From contig JAMDHS010000058.1 of the NCBI GenBank assembly GCA_029717555.1, positions 1 to 64,000 of the forward strand: a DNA stretch of 64,000 nt. Reading direction: 5' to 3'. Both the position numbers and the translations under genes were made by a program. The notes beneath the pieces are model-generated. The model saw nothing but the letters and a program-made list of their open reading frames with translations, was not told where the DNA came from and ran no database searches. This document shows, in pieces, positions 26,427-39,741 of the stretch. Source of the DNA: Peribolospora baueri. Its lineage: Eukaryota. Each line of letters opens with the position of its first letter. Positions within the stretch are counted from its first letter, which is position 1.

Positions 26427-29400
26427 ATGAGCTCCGACGACCAAGCCCAAGAGATCGCGAAAGAGAAGAAGCACAAGAAGTCGTGAGTGAGCGAGCCGAG
26501 CTCCACCACACACACCTTTCCTTTTCTCTTCTGCTGCCCCTGCTCCCGCTCCTTTTACTCCTCTCTGACCGTTCCCGGTGGTGCTCCCTTGACAGCGTCC
26601 GAAGCCTCACCCGGGAATACGAGGCCAACATCACTCCGACGACGCCCATCGCCGTCGGATCGTCCACCGGCGGCTCTCTTTCCCTCCTTCCCTCATCAAC
26701 TCACGTTCCTTCTCCTTCCGCATCTCCCATTCTCTCCACTTTTTCGTCTATATCCTCTTCATCCCCTCAAGGCACCGGCGACCTCGCTGGACTAGATCGC
26801 TCCACATCGGAACGCCTTCTCAATACCCCCATACCCTCCTCGTCCCCGTCCACCTCCCCACTCCCCGGATCTTCTCCCCTTCTCACGCCCTCCACGGCCT
26901 CCCGATCTCCCATCTCCCACTCGCGCTCCCCGTCCTCCCATCTCTCCGCGCCACCGCCCTTGCCTCTACCCGTTCGCCCGCCTGGCTCTGGTTACCGAGG
27001 CCGAAAACAGAGCATCGACCAGCCCAACTCTCTCCTCGGTATTGTACCTCCCGAAGAGGACCCGACGGCGATAGACATTACCGGACCGTTGTCGCGTCCC
27101 ACCGTCGTCGAGCCCTCCTCCCCTTCTTCGCGCGACAGCGGCATGGTTGCTCACGCGAGCGGGCTCCAGACCTCGCCTTCTGGAGAGAACGTGGAGAGCA
27201 CGTCGCCGCTCGGGGGTCCGTCCGATCGAACCAGACCGATCCACAGACGCATGGGAAGCAAGGAGACCTTCCTTCCCACCGTATCCGTCTCCATGGCCGA
27301 CGTCGGTTCAGGCGAAGACGAAGCTCCGGAGGAGAGCGAGCCTCACCACCAGCACCACCATCATGTAGGCCCCGCCGGTGGACGGAGTGAAGACGAAGAG
27401 TTCGAGTCTTTTGACACCGTCGGCGACCTCTCTTCTTATCACCCTCCCTCCGGTCTTGACTCGACCGCGAACATGACTGTCGCTCAACGCCGAGAACACT
27501 CTCGCAAGCACAGTCGGGCGCACTCGCGCAATCTTAGCGTGTTCTTCCCTCAACCCGGCCAGTCCCTCGGTGAGGTGGATGAGAGCGAGGGCGGCGACGA
27601 CTTGAGCGGTGCCGGGTTCGGGGGGCGAGCGCCGGCCTACGGACCTGGAAGACCAGAGGCGCCCGTCATCGAGATTCCCTCGCCATCTCCCGCCTCTTCC
27701 ACTTTCGGCGATGCGCCGAGCCCAGGGCCGTCAAGGAGAGGTCACCACCACAAGCACAGCGTCAGCCACAACTTTTTCAGTTTCCTCGACCCGACGCAGA
27801 CTAACCCCGCTTTGCGCTCTCACGGCCATACCAACGGCGAAGCTCAGCCTCTCGGATCGCCAGGAGACGGCCCTGCGCACCGACCCATTCTCAACTCGGT
27901 CGCGTTGGGCGTCTCGCCCTCTGACGCCGTTGGACTGGGCCTCGTCCCCGGCGATGAAGGCGAGCTCCCGAACGGCTCTCCAGATCGCCGTCGCAGCGCT
28001 TGGCGCGCCTCGCCGCTCTCCCCTTCCTCTCCTTTCGGCTCTGCGACTGCGTATCCCTTCCCGGTCGGCTCTTCCGTCCCTCCGTCCCTCCTCTCCCAAT
28101 TGATACACCTTCCCCGCACTCTCCTCGCCCCGCTTTTCTTCGGCTCCCTCCACTTTACCCTTGGCGCTGCACTTTGGGTCGCGGGACAGAGTGGCGACTC
28201 TCTCGCCGTCACTGGGCTGGGCTACCTGGTTGTCTTTGATGCCTTTGGCGTTCTTAGCACGATAGCAGCCTTGCTCGTCAAGGCGAGATTAAGGGGCGCG
28301 GAGAGTTCCGTTCGGAGGCCTTTTGGGTGGGTGCATGACCATCTGGTTCTATTTCCTCGCATTGTGCTTTCGATTCGAGGTCGCTAACGAAGCTGTTTCT
28401 GTTTTTTTACTGGCATTCTTTCGCGGAACAGCACCCAGCGCATAGAGACGCTCTTTCACTTCATGCAGTCCATCTACCTCATATTCGCCAGCGTCTACGT
28501 ATGCAAAGAGAGCATTGAACATGTCTTGCTCAGCGGGAGCGAAGAGCATGGCGAAGATGAGGGGTAAGCGAGCTCATCTTTTTTATTTGAAGAATGGTTC
28601 CGATTGGCTGACACTGCTGCCTCGGCCGCCTGCTCAACGGTTTTGCGTGTAACTTTTGTTCTCGACCCTTGGACGAACAGTCTCGCCCTTCCGACGACGC
28701 TTCTCGCCCTGGCCACGACCTTTTGCATCATTTCCAATATCGTCCTCCGGAACCACTCCAAGCTCGTGGCCGCCGTGGGAGTCTCCACTGCCGCCTCGGC
28801 CCAACTCCGCTCCACCACTCCCGCCCACCGTCGCACTCATTCTATGCTATCTGCGCCCAGCTCCAGCTCTGCTGCCCCGCTTCTGAGGTTGCTCGCCAAC
28901 CCTTTCAGCTTGACGGTCTTGTTCTTCAGCGGTGTCCTCTTGCTCGCCAGTTTGGCGTTGCCGCCGTGAGTCTCTTTCTCTCCTCTTGCTTCCTCCCAAG
29001 GCCTGTTCGTCATCCTTTATTGATTTTCCGCCTTTTTTTTTCTATTCACATGGCTTATTCAGCGCCCAAGCGGCAGGATTAGACAAAGTCCTGGCGGGGC
29101 TGGAAAGCGTGAGCATGTTTTACATCGCCTACCCCGCCTCGGTCGCCCTCGGCAAGGTTCTACTCCAGACGGCGCCTAACGCACACCAGAAGCAGGTCGC
29201 TGCGTTCTGGAACGCCGTTCGAGAGGTGAGTCGCCTTGAACGTGCATGGAAGCATATCGCCGTTTTCGCTGATCATCAGACTTGGCATCTTTTCTTCGTG
29301 CTTTCGTCCCAGCTCGAAACCAATCCACTCGTAACTTTCATCTCACCACCCCACCTCTGGCAGTTGACCCCCTCCCTCCCGTCCCTCTCTGACGGCCCTT

Positions 29401-29654
29401 CCTCGTCTCACCGGCATCGTCGCGCACGTCCCTCTCTTTCCTCCTCATCCACGTCCACGCTCGTTGGCACGCTTCACGTCAAACTCCGGCCTCAGGCGAC
29501 GGACGCGGACGTTCTCGAGATCACGAGGCTCATCTGGGAGGGCGCCGGGCGGGCTATTGGGGCGTTCAAGGGCGGTAGGATACCGGGCGGACCTGGAGGG
29601 GATGGGTCGCAGGGGGAGTTAACTGTCGAGGTCACCAGGGAGGGGATCCACTAG
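26427..29654 (+). CDS. ZRG17: Cation-diffusion-facilitator-type membrane protein, Zrg17-like (putative zinc transporter subunit)
   Basis: Long Ser/Pro-rich N-terminus with HSRKHSRAHSRNLSVFFP and RRGHHHKHSVSHNFFSFL; TM region GDSLAVTGLGYLVVFDAFG...RRPFG..RIETL...VCKESIEH; C-terminal LGKVLLQTAP...HLWQL motifs. The ZRG17 assignment is by recalled similarity. Confidence 0.72.
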
Positions 29655-30203
29655 CTGGGGCCACGTTGCCCTCGCCGCCTTCTACACCGAGACAAAAGGT
29701 CATCGCACCTTCTTCGTCGCTCTTTACGCTTATTCTTAGCTTGCACATCAAGGGACCGTCTCGCTCCTTTCATCGTCACCACACACCGTCGTCGCTCCTT
29801 CCTCGCTTCCGCCGCCCTGTCTCTATCTATACATGCTTGTCTCTTCGCTCTTCTGAACAACGCGGAAGGTGCCGAGACGATTAATAATAGAGGCTTGCAC
29901 CCCTTGCGCTCGAGTTTGTGGTCGGATGTACGGGCGAAGGCAATGCAACCTTGAATATGACGGTGCCTGTCCGGCGCAGTTCGTCCCGCTCGTCGAGTAG
30001 GGTTAGGGTCGTGACCTGGCTGCGTTCGCGAGCGCCGGTCGAAGCGATCGTCGGTCATTCCGGGCGACCCTTGTATACTGACCACCGACCTCCGTCATAG
30101 ACCAGTTTTTCCCACTTCCTCTTGGTTTCCATTTCCCAACCCTTCCTTCTTTATCTTTGACCATCTCTACGACACCGCCTTTGCTTGGTCATCGCTGCTC
30201 GCC

Positions 30204-33200
30204 ATGTACGGTCAGGGCGGGCAGTGGCAGCAGCCCGGTATGGGGCAAGGCTTTCAGGTGGGCGACGGCGCCTCGTCTCCCTTCTTCTCCCTCCCCTCGC
30301 ATTTCCATCAAAACTGACCCGCTCATCCCCCCTTCGTCTCTGATCACAGCAGCCTATGATGCCCCAGGTCACCGGATTCCCTGGGCAACAACAGATGCAG
30401 CCCCAGGTCACCGGGTACCCTGGGCAACAGCAGATGCAGCCCCAGGCCACCGGGTACCCTGGGCAACAGCAGATGCAGCCGCAGGCCACCGGGTACCCTG
30501 GGCAACAGCAGATGCAGCCGCAGGCCACCGGGTACCCGGGACAGCAGCAGATGCAACCCCAGGCCACCGGATACCCGGGACAGCAGCAGATGCAACCCCA
30601 GGCCACCGGATACCCGGGACAGCAACAGATGGCCCAGGGTTACCAGCAGCCGCAACCACAGCAGCAGTTCGGCGGCGCCGGCGCCGGTCTTCTCCAAGCC
30701 AACCTTGCTCAGCAGCGTTTCCTCACCCCGTCTCCCGGCCTTTCACAGCAGCGCACAGGAAGCGCGGGACACATGCCGCAAGCGACGGGCCACCCTGGGT
30801 TTAGCGGCGCTGGTCTCGCACCACAAGCGACCGGCTACCCTGGCGCCGGCTCGCTCATGGCGCAAGCCACGGGGCTCGTGCCGCAAGCCACAGGCTTTCC
30901 GGGATACCGCGACCCTCGACTGGCGCTCATGAGCAGCCAGTTCATGCCCGCTGCCAACCTCCCCTTCGCACCCTCCCCTGGCAACGTCCAGTTTAGCGCC
31001 AGTAGCATGCCGGCGAGTAGGTTCGGAGCGAGCTTCCAGGATGTCACCACTCAGCATGCCCAGCAGCGAGGCGGAGCACCCCCAAAGGTGCCTTGGGTGC
31101 TCAGTAAGGAAGAGAAGAAGAACTACGATCAGATCTTCCGCGCTTGGGACCAGAGAGGCACGGGCTTCATCAGCGGCGATATGGCGAGGGAGGTGTTCGG
31201 ACAGAGCGGACTTGACAGAGATGACCTGATGAAGATTTGGTGAGTGAAGTGAAGAGACGACCCTCTGAGGAGTCTCCTCGTGTACGCACGCCACACACTG
31301 ATTGTCACTACTACCTGTCGCTCGTCGCAGGCACCTTGCCGACGGTGAAAACCGGGGCAAACTTAACCTCGCCGAGTTTCACGTTGCTATGGGCCTCATC
31401 TACCGGCGGCTCAACGGCAATGAAATTCCTGACCAGCTTCCCACGGAGCTTGTCCCACCCTCGGCTCGTGATCTTAACGACTCTGTCGACTTTCTCAAGG
31501 ACCTTCTCAAGAAGGACACCAATGTTCGGCAGACCACCGGCCTCAATATCCCTGAAGTGGGCAGCAACAAGGGTCAGAGCTATGCGAAGGCCCATTCCTT
31601 CCACGACAATCCCGTCGCTCCGTCGCGAAAAGATGCCACGGTTTATCGCCACGACGACAATGAGGTGGGCGGCTACAAGTCCTCTTCTCGCCACCTCGAC
31701 CGCAAGACCGTCCGCTTCGAGGGCCAGTCGGCCATGGATGACCTGAGCGAGATGAAGCGTCAACTCCAGAACACGTCAAAATCCTTCGAAAAGGCCAACG
31801 ACAAGACTGACGAGGACCGCGAGTTGGAGCGCGAAATGGACGATCTTCGCCACCGTATCCGGCGTGTACAGGATGACCTCGCCTACATCGAGAAGCGCGG
31901 AGGGCCCGGTTCGGACGATGAGAGGAGGCGCCTGGAGAGAGAGCACCTCCAGCTCCTCTACGAGCGCTTGCCTCAACTCGAGAAGAGGATGGAAGAGAAG
32001 CAAAGGAGGGATCACGACAGGAGCTTAGACTTGGCCAGGGATCGTGATCGGAGGAACAACAGCTACTCTCGCCACAGGGACGATGACCGCGACAGATATG
32101 ACTCGCGGTATGACGACCGCGGCTACGACCGCCGGGGTGGAAGGGACAGGGACGATGATCGCGGCTATCTCCGTGGAACGTACGGACGCTACGGCGAGGA
32201 TCGGGACCGTGACCGTGACCGTGACCGTGACCGTAGCCATGACCGTGACGACGACCGCGAGCGTGAGCGGGGTCGGTACGACTATGACCGCCGGGATCGT
32301 CCTCGCAGTCCCGTCCGTGGCGAGGGTCGTGGATCCGCGCCGCCGCCTCCACCGCCCCCGAGCGCGCCAGCAACAGCACCTCCACCGCCGCCTCCGGCCC
32401 CGTCAGCGTCGGTGTCTCCCCCTCCCGCCGCCGCTTCTCCCAAGCCCGACCTGTCTAAAATGACACCGGAAGAGAGAAAGACATACATCCGCGCCGAAGC
32501 ACAGCGCAAGATTCTAGAGCGTCAGCGCGCTCTGGGCGTAGCTGCTCCCTCGTCACCTTCCATCGACACTTCCGTTCAGGACCGTCTTGAAGTCGACAGG
32601 GCCGAGGCGGCCGCTCGCTCTGCCCAGGCCGATCGCGAGGCGGCAGAGAGAGAGAAGTTGCGCCAGGCCAGACTGGAGGAGCAGCGCTTGGCCAAAGAGA
32701 AGGCTTCGCTCGGCTCGGTCAAGCACGAGGTCGAGAAAGAGGCTCAGGAGGAGAAGCATCAAGACAGCGACGGTGTTGCGCCTACTGAGCCTACTCCTAC
32801 TATCGTTGCGGAGGCAAAGAAAGACGCTATCGACGAAGAGGAGGAGATGATTCGTCGGCGTGAGGCTGTTCTGGCAAAGGAGAAAGCTGAAAGGCTGGCC
32901 AGGCTTGCCAGACTCGAGCAGGAAGAAGAAGAAAGCCGCAGGCAGGAAGAGGAGTTCAAAAAGCGCAAGGAGATGTTCTCCAACAAAGCCAAGGCCTCTG
33001 CGCCCGCGCCTCCGCCCAGCAGGAAGAGTGGACCTCCGCCCCCGCCTCCACCTAGTAGGAAGGCGGCCCCTACCACTTCGGCCACTCCTCGTCCTCCTGC
33101 CCTAGCGGCTCCCGCGGTGGTATCTCCCCCAGCTGAGCCCGCATCGCCCGCGCCGCCCGCACCGCCCGCACCGGCAACCGCCCCCACCCCGGTGAAGTCC

Positions 33201-36200
33201 CCTCTCACCACGCCGAGCGGCTCGAGCACGAATCCCTTCCACAGACTCGGTGGCGTCGGTGCGGCAGCCTCTCCGGCTGCGTCGACACCTTCGGGAGCGG
33301 ATACGAACCCGTTCTTCAAGATGTCCAACGCCGCCGGATCCTCGCTCCCTCCGCCTGCCCGCCAGTCTCCCTCCGCTTCTGCGCTCCCTGCGCCTCCTGC
33401 TCCTCCTGCTCCTCCCGCTCCTCCCGCGCCTCCCGCGCCTCCCGCTCCTCCCGCTCCTACTCCATCGGCCGCACCCAAGGCACCGACGCCTCTGCCTCAG
33501 AATGCCAAAGACGACGAGTGGGACATCGTCGAGGAACGCTCGGATGACGGAGATTCGAGTGACGATGAGGGTACTAGCACCCGCATGAAGAGGCAAAACC
33601 TGGCACAGCAACTATTCGGTGGCATCATGCCTGCTCGGTCTGGCTCGGCTACCGAGTCTGCTGGCAGTCCAGTCACCCCTGCACCCGCAAGCCCATCTGC
33701 CAGCGCTGGTGTCCCTCCGCCTCCTGCTCCTCCGGCGCCCGGTGCACCTCCTCCACCCCCCGCAGCACCCGCGGCGCCTCTGCAGCTCGGTGGGGGCGAT
33801 CCGTCCGTCCGTGGAGCTTTGTTCGCCCAGATTCAGGGCGGCGCTAAACTCCGTAAGACTTTGACAAATGACCGTTCTGGCGCGCCTGTGTCAGGTAAGG
33901 TCATTGGCAGCGCTGAACCTCCAGTGCAGACCTACGTCCCGTCGCCTCGCGAGCCTTCGCCGCCCCCGCCCCCGCCTTCTGTCCCGGCTGAGCCCGTAGC
34001 TGTCGCTCAGCCTGAAGCAGCAGAATCTTCACCGCCGGCCCCTCCTGCCCCCGAGGCGGCTAGTGGCATGGAGGATCCAACTCCGAATCCTAACGTCAAT
34101 CGACAAAGCGTCGATTGGTACGGCAGCTTGGCCGCCGACGGCATGCACCATCAACCCCCTTCCCAGCCACCTGCAGAAGATTTGCAGGCACTCCAGGAAG
34201 AGACAGAGCCTGCAGAAGAACCTGCGGCCGATGCGACCGAGTCCACCTCGGGTGCTCTGGATGACATTGACCTCGGACGAGGTGGGTAACTCTTGGAGCG
34301 CATTACTGGATCAGGTTACACTTTTCGAAGACGATTCTGTCCGTATGTTGACTATTTCGTTCCAATCGGCTCTGCAGAAATCCGCGTCCGCACCCTTTAT
34401 CCTTACACGGGTCAGCGTGACGAGGACCTGGCGTTTGATGAAAATGTCGTGGTGCTTGCTCATCCTGCGAAGGACCCCGATAGCGATTGGTGGTACGGCA
34501 CCCAAGTCAAGGACGACAAGAAGGGTTACTTCCCCAAAACTTATGTCGTGGCGATGGAAAATGGTGAGTGCCCGCCTGTCTTTATTTGGATGCACATATG
34601 GCTCTGCGATCAGTTCTGAACATGACGACGTCCCTTCCTTTCTTTTCGGTCGCGCATGTATAGCTGTTCAAGCTAAGGCTCTTTACGACTACTCCGGTGC
34701 CTCTGCTGAGGAGGCCACTTTCTCAGCCGACGACATTTTAACAGTGGTCGACCGTGAAGATGCAAACTGGTGGAAGGTCGAGAAGGCTGACGCGATCCTT
34801 ATCGCTCCCGCCACGTACCTGGAGGTCATTGGGGGTTAGTAAAATGGACTCGATTCGGTTCGGCTCTTGCGAGCGATCGCTCGGCGCGATCTGGGTTGCT
34901 GCGATTGTCTCGGGCGACGACACGTCCCTTCACTCGTTTTTTTTTCTCCTCTTCCGTCTGTTTCACTCGCTTCGGGATCGCGTTCCTTTTTTCAGTTCCA
35001 TTCGCGGCGTGATCCATGATTCAGTGCATGCAGGCTTGCTGAGTCTTGTCTGCTCCCCTCCTTTTTTCCACATGTACTTCCTTTGCGAACGAACGGAATT
35101 CAATTTACTTCGGTCAACGGACGCTCACCGATGCTGTCCACCTATCACCTGTCGCCTGCAGATCGGTCGGCCGACCTTCAAGTCCCAGCCATACTGCCTC
35201 CGCCGCCTCAAGCTTCATTGCAAGCGACGGAGGTCCCGACCACAGCTGTTCACCCCACGGACACAGACGTAGACGAAGAGGCGAACGAGGACGATACGAG
35301 TGACGAGAACTCCTTCTTCACCGGTAGCGAGGGCGAAGAGACGTCCGAGACTTCATCAGACGACGAGGAAGAAGGCAATCCGCAAGAGGATAAGGAGAAG
35401 CGCGAGCAAGAACGTCTCCGCGTTCTCGAAGCGGCCGGTCTTTTGGTAAGAGAGGAACCAGGCAAGCAAGCGTCCACGGTCCTGCGCCGCAAATCTACGA
35501 AGTCCAAAGGTCCTCGTCCTCGACGGCCTCGTCCTGAACGCCCGGAGCGCGAAGTCCCCAAGATGCCATCAAGGGCCCGTAAGCCTTCTGCGCGACCCGA
35601 CAAGAAGTTGCCACCCATCCCGACACAAGAGTCCGAACTGAAGACGGAGGATGCCTACGATCGGTACCTCAAGCTCTCCAACGAGATCGCACTGTCCCAA
35701 TCACATTCGTCCAGTTCAATAGGATCAGCCGTCTCTCCACCGTCCATTTCCGTCTCTGGTGAACCGCATTCTCGCTCGGCCACACCCGGCTCTCCCCATT
35801 CATATCGCGACGCGTCGTCGCCCAACTTACACGATGCGGAAAGCTCCAGGCTCTCTGCTTCGTCGCTCCTCTCCACTATTCGATCCGGCGGCCGGAGGAA
35901 ATCCAATGCGAGCCCTGGCGGAGAGCGGAAATTTTCCTCGTCCCTGTCCACTTCGCTCATCAGCAGTCCAGTTGCGTCTGGGTCTGGACCAAGCTTTGCT
36001 CCGACAAGGGCAGAGTCTCCCGCTCTGGGGCACACGGTGAGTTTCTCTCCTCGCCGCTCGATGATCATGCTATGTTTGAATTGTGAGGACGAGACTTCTT
36101 TCCTTGGTTTGTTTAGTCATGGTCTAGTATCGTAGGCAAGGAGGCTGTGGATGCGATCCCTGACAAGGAGCGAAAACGCCAGGAGGTGAGCCGGCCTCTC

Positions 36201-37798
36201 AACAGAACCCTTTGTGGACAAGGGCGCGGCACTGCATATTGACCTCTATGTTGTTCTGTATAGGCTATCTTTGAACTCATCACCACTGAGCAGAGTTTCG
36301 TTCGTGACCTGCAAATCACAGTCGAGGTAGAGACGCTAGTCATCAATACCGCTTAAAGGGGGCCAGCTTGCTGATTATCTTGTATGAACGTCTATCGCAC
36401 CAGGTGTTCTTCTCCTCCATGCAAGACCTGCTTTCGATGAAGGCACTCACCGTCATTTTCGCCAATATTGAAGACGTACTTCTAACTGCCGTATCTTTCC
36501 TGAGCGACCTCGAAGCACGTCAAAAGGACAACAGGCTGTACATCGACATGATTGGCGACATTCTCGTGGAGCATATTCCTCGCATGCGCGTGTACATGCA
36601 GTACTGTGTCAACCAGGAGATTGCGGCAAGAATCCTGCAGGCCGAGAGGACGAAAGACCCAAGACTAGCTTCCCATCTTGATGTGAGGGACATAGGGCCC
36701 GCAATGTCGTTCGCACGATCGTATTGCTTGCTAAAACATGTGGCCATTCTTCAATCCGGAGCAGACGCTACGCGCAACGCACCCTGCAGCGCGTAATTTG
36801 GACCTCTCCAGTTTCTTGTTGATACCTAGTGAGACACGCTCTCGCTCTTATCTGAGCCCGTTCCTAGTCGAAGACGCTGCTCATTGTCTTTGTTGGCAAC
36901 CAGTGCAACGCTTGGCGAGATACCCTCTTTTGATCGGTCAAATTGAAAAGTACACCCTCGAAGACCACCCAGATCACGACTTCCTTCGGCATGCGCACCG
37001 ACGAGCTGAGTCGATTCTCAACGCCACCAACGAGGCCATCCGAGACCGCGAGATGCGCGAGAAACTGGCGGCTATCTCCGAAACCCTTTTCGTCGGGTCC
37101 GCTGGAGTGAGTTTTTTCTCACTTGTGCACGTGGACCGTACATGCTCCTCTTCAAGCAGGATGCTGAGCTCGCGCGCGTACCTTTTGACTTCATCCCGAC
37201 GGCGTGTGTTCCAACAGCGCATTGATTTGACCAAGCCGACGAGATTCATGGGGCCTAGGGAAATCCTCAAAGAGGGCGTGCTAGCTAAGAAGAGCGGGCG
37301 AAAACTTCAGGCCGTCCTATTCAACGATATGTTTTTGCTCATTTCGAATGGCCAGCTTTATCGGGTGGTGAGAGCTAAGTTGCCGATACAGCGCTAAATG
37401 GCATTTCTGCTGACCTTTTTGCTGCTCCACGGAATGCAGCCGTTCCCCCTCAATGAGATTGTTGTTCGGGACATGCCGCCAGGCCTTACAGGTAGAGGTA
37501 AGCACATGAACATGACGGAAAGACTTCTGCAGGAGGGATGAAACTTGGGGATGAAATATTGCATTGGATGACCTGTACCCTTTTTCCCTTGTTATCCGTC
37601 TCTCCTACGTATGTGCCAGACGACCTCGCCTTCCAGATTGTCCATCAGACATCAGGTAGTCTCACCCTACGCGCTTCGAGCCCGAGAGAGTGTCACATGT
37701 GGATGAAGGAGATAGAGGATGCGAAGGAGCGGTGTTTCGATGCTCAGAAGATGGCTAAAAGGCGCTCACAACGGTCGAGCCGGGATAGTGTCTACTGA
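30204..37798 (+). CDS. CIN1: Intersectin/Pan1-like endocytic scaffold: QxTG repeats, EH, coiled coil, Pro-rich, WH2, 2x SH3, DH (RhoGEF), PH (long form). The short form stops at 34839.
   Basis: [59 protein letters not shown]2: [23 protein letters not shown]3s: RTLYPY...DWWYG...GYFPKTYV and KALYDY...[27 protein letters not shown]...IFANIEDVL...[11 protein letters not shown] exons to TGA at 37796-37798. The architecture equals that described for Cryptococcus Cin1. Confidence 0.88.
30356..30628 (+). repeat. Coding minisatellite: 7 x 39-bp units encoding [13 protein letters not shown]
   Basis: Seven consecutive 13-aa units visible in DNA and in ORF 30356..31243. Confidence 0.95.
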
Positions 37799-38395
37799 GA
37801 GAGATGTTCGGCTGGCCTTCGTCTTGTCTCCTAAGGATCACGACCGGTACGAATGTAATGGACTTCTGCTCTTTTCTGACCTTCAATCGTGCCCTCACGT
37901 ATCGCTCTTGAGACAGCTCACTTCTATTGGGCTTCCTGGAAAAGCCTTACACGGCCTACGATCTTGGCGCGACCTCGCGTTGCGACAGCTAGGTCTTAAA
38001 GACTACTACAAGTGAGTGCAAAGTCTCTTCAGCACCTTCCACCATTCGTCATCCACTCCACAGCACTAAAAGGAGACGGACCAAATGTGTCTTGCCTCGA
38101 GAGAGAGCGGCAATGTTGGAAAAGATGCTAGGGTCGACTAGTAAAGGGATCAACAGCCCAATGCAGACAAAGAGTCTCGGCGCTGGTTCAGGTCCAGGCC
38201 GGGCGGCTCCCTGAGGACCGAGCCTTCGCGAAGGCCCTTCACAAACCTCAAGTGGTTCTGTGGTAAGTTGATTTGGCTGCGGCAAATACGGCAACATCTC
38301 CAAGTCGGCCTCTATTCGTCGGCCAGCGGCTCTCGACTTTCCTCACACACAGACGGCGCTTTTCTCGATCTCGAGCTCCATAGCTGTCCCTTGCC

Positions 38396-39741
38396 ATGTC
38401 AGGCAACTACGCCCCCGTTCAGTCCGACGACGACCAGGTCGAGCGCGGCACCACTGCCGCAACGGCCAGCGTCGCCGCTGATCGGCCTTCCGCTCAGCTC
38501 GAGTTTGGTGGTGAGCAGTGTAGGAGATCGACTCGGCGAAATAGCTGCTGACAATCGTCTTTTTTTGGCTCCTCAGACTTTGGAACAGGCTCAGGCGGTT
38601 CGAGTGGCACATCTGCATCCCCTTTCGGTAAGTTCAAGCAAAGCTGGCATGTACGACGACGCTTACAATCACGCTACCATGGTACACCCGTTTGTATTGG
38701 TTTGTTGGCTGACGCCATTCGACATGTACTCGACTGTAGCGGAGCGAAGGGTTCCCAGCGAAAGACAAGGGGGTTATAGCTCCTTGAATTTTCTCTATCA
38801 TCACTTTGACGTAGACACGAAGACGGTGAGTGTCGCTTGTTAGCTTGGCAGGCACCTAACACGGGCTGAAATCAAAAGATGGCCCGCCCGCTCTCTCTTT
38901 TGTTCACCAGGTACTCGAACGATGCTGGCGTCCACTTATCATACCCAAAAATTTCCTGTCGGAGGTGGTGGAGGACAGACCTGATCTTTACGGGCCGTTC
39001 TGGCTGACCACCACGGTAGGTTCGACCACTCCTCTCTTGCTTGGCAGTATATATCAATGACAGCATCTCCCTAATACGCTGCGATATATTGCGCAAACAC
39101 AGGTGATATTCTGCCTCTTTGTCTTTAGCTCTCTTGCCGGGTCCATTACCGCCTACATCAACTCGAAGCCCTACGAGCCTCGGTACGATCTCCTTGGTGG
39201 GGCCGTCTGGCTCATGTACACCTTCGGGTTAGGCTTTCCTGTCGGCCTTTGGATGCTGATGAGGTATTGGGTACGAACGGACGAGGTCAGCGCGGTGGAG
39301 CTCATCAACTTGTTCGGGTACTCGAACGGCGTGTGGATCATTGTTGCGGTGAGCTGCCAAAGGAAAGACGCGCCCGACCGTGTTCTGGTGATCAGTTTAC
39401 CTGCGGTTCTCCTGATTTCATGATTCCTCCTCCTTCTTGCTCAGCTGCTCGCTATCGTTCCGCACCAGCTCTTCCGCTGGGCCCTCGTCGCTGTCGGCTT
39501 GGGTGTCTCGCTTGCTTTCATTCTGCGCAACCTGATGCCTATCCTGACCGCCGCTACCTCTCCCGCATCTTCCTCTTACTCGCCCCAGACGCCTCGCATC
39601 GCTCGTTTCGTCATCCCTCTAGTCGTGGCCGTGTGCTGGACCGGGCTGGCCATCGCGCTCAAAGTGGTCTACTTTGGATATAAAATTGAGGGTGTAGATC
39701 TCGGGCCGAGCGCAGATACGGATATTCCTCTGAGCTTGTGA
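38396..39741 (+). CDS. Yip1-domain Golgi/ER membrane protein (YIPF1/2-like), multi-exon
   Basis: YHHFDVDTKTVLERC...RPDLYGPFWLTTTVIFCLF, followed by several hydrophobic helices and LFGYSNGVWI. Confidence 0.88.

Noticed and set aside
30151..30606. Cys-rich repeat ORF ([12 protein letters not shown]) on the minus strand, metallothionein-like in appearance
   Set aside because: It is the reverse-complement reading of the QxTG coding repeat.
30356..30628. Regular repeat array as CRISPR
   Set aside because: Contiguous coding tandem repeats with no unique spacers, in a eukaryotic gene.
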